From NCBI RefSeq assembly GCF_006345805.1, contig NC_042997.1:194494001-194558000 (forward strand): a DNA stretch of 64,000 bases. The letters are read 5' to 3'. The position numbers and the translations under genes are program-made. The notes under the pieces were generated by a model. It worked only from the letters and a program-made list of their open reading frames with translations. It was not told where the DNA came from and searched no databases. Positions within the stretch are counted from its first letter, which is position 1, and the number at the start of each line of letters is the position of its first letter. Positions 63,450 to 64,000 of the stretch are shown in pieces. Source of the stretch: Octopus sinensis. Lineage: Eukaryota.

Positions 63450-63622
63450 GGGGCAATAATGGGATAGCAATTTATGTAAAAAGTAGGGTGATAATGGGGT
63501 AGTGATTTATGTAAAAAGTGGGGCTAAAATGGGGTAGCGATTTATGTAAAAAGTGGGGTGATAATGGGGTAGTGATTTATGTAAAAAGTGGGGCTATAAT
63601 TGAGTAGTAATTTATGTAAAAA
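63450..63622. repeat. ~35-bp minisatellite, ATAATGGGGTAGTGATTTATGTAAAAAGTGGGG
   Basis: Five degenerate units. Confidence 0.85.
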
Positions 63623-64000
63623 CAACAAAATAATGGGTTTGTTAGGTTAGTTTTATTTTTAAAAGACTGTTGCTTTGAATTTGCTTCAGAAAGAGGTCTA
63701 CGTTTGCGATGGTTTGAGGGTACTAGGAATGTAGCCTGGGTGTCAAGGGGGCAGCAGCCCGAAAAAGTTTGGGAACCACTGCTCTACAACTACTAGAGCC
63801 TACCATACACTCTACAACTACTATCCAACTCTATATTTATTACTTACTGTCCTAAAACAATTTATATTTAACTGTGTTCTATAATTTGTGTGGTAGGCTA
63901 AATTCGTTGGCTGGTTGAACACCACCATCCTGTGTGGCTATTAGATGCCATTAACCCTTTCGTTACTGTATTTATTTTGAGAGGCTCTATATTTTCCAAT

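Overview
Repeat-dense eukaryotic DNA with spliceosomal introns and a 100-N scaffold gap at 829-928. The SINE content suggests an octopod cephalopod (Octopus-like), but that is inference. One host gene is well supported: a CCDC85-family coiled-coil gene on the + strand with five coding exons between 49592 and 61239, continuing beyond the window. Its first coding exon has a 1-nt frameshift. The rest is a nested transposon landscape: several tRNA-derived SINE families, two LINE 3' ends, a decayed full-length RepHel Helitron (22436-26383), non-autonomous Helitrons, a HINE/Helentron, Tc1, mariner, piggyBac and Merlin remnants, many MITEs, Penelope-like hammerhead motifs and satellites. The most interesting signals are four. 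(1) A SINE forms headless head-to-tail multimers with an invariant junction at three independent loci and repeatedly inserts into tRNA-like heads. (2) A SINE and a LINE share a 3' tail whose hairpin shows compensatory changes. (3) A cluster of minimal hammerhead-like motifs has non-canonical cores. (4) SINE copies show CpG decay over the gene body. No CRISPR array, rRNA or bona fide tRNA was found. Family labels A-E are my own working names. All alignments were done by eye.
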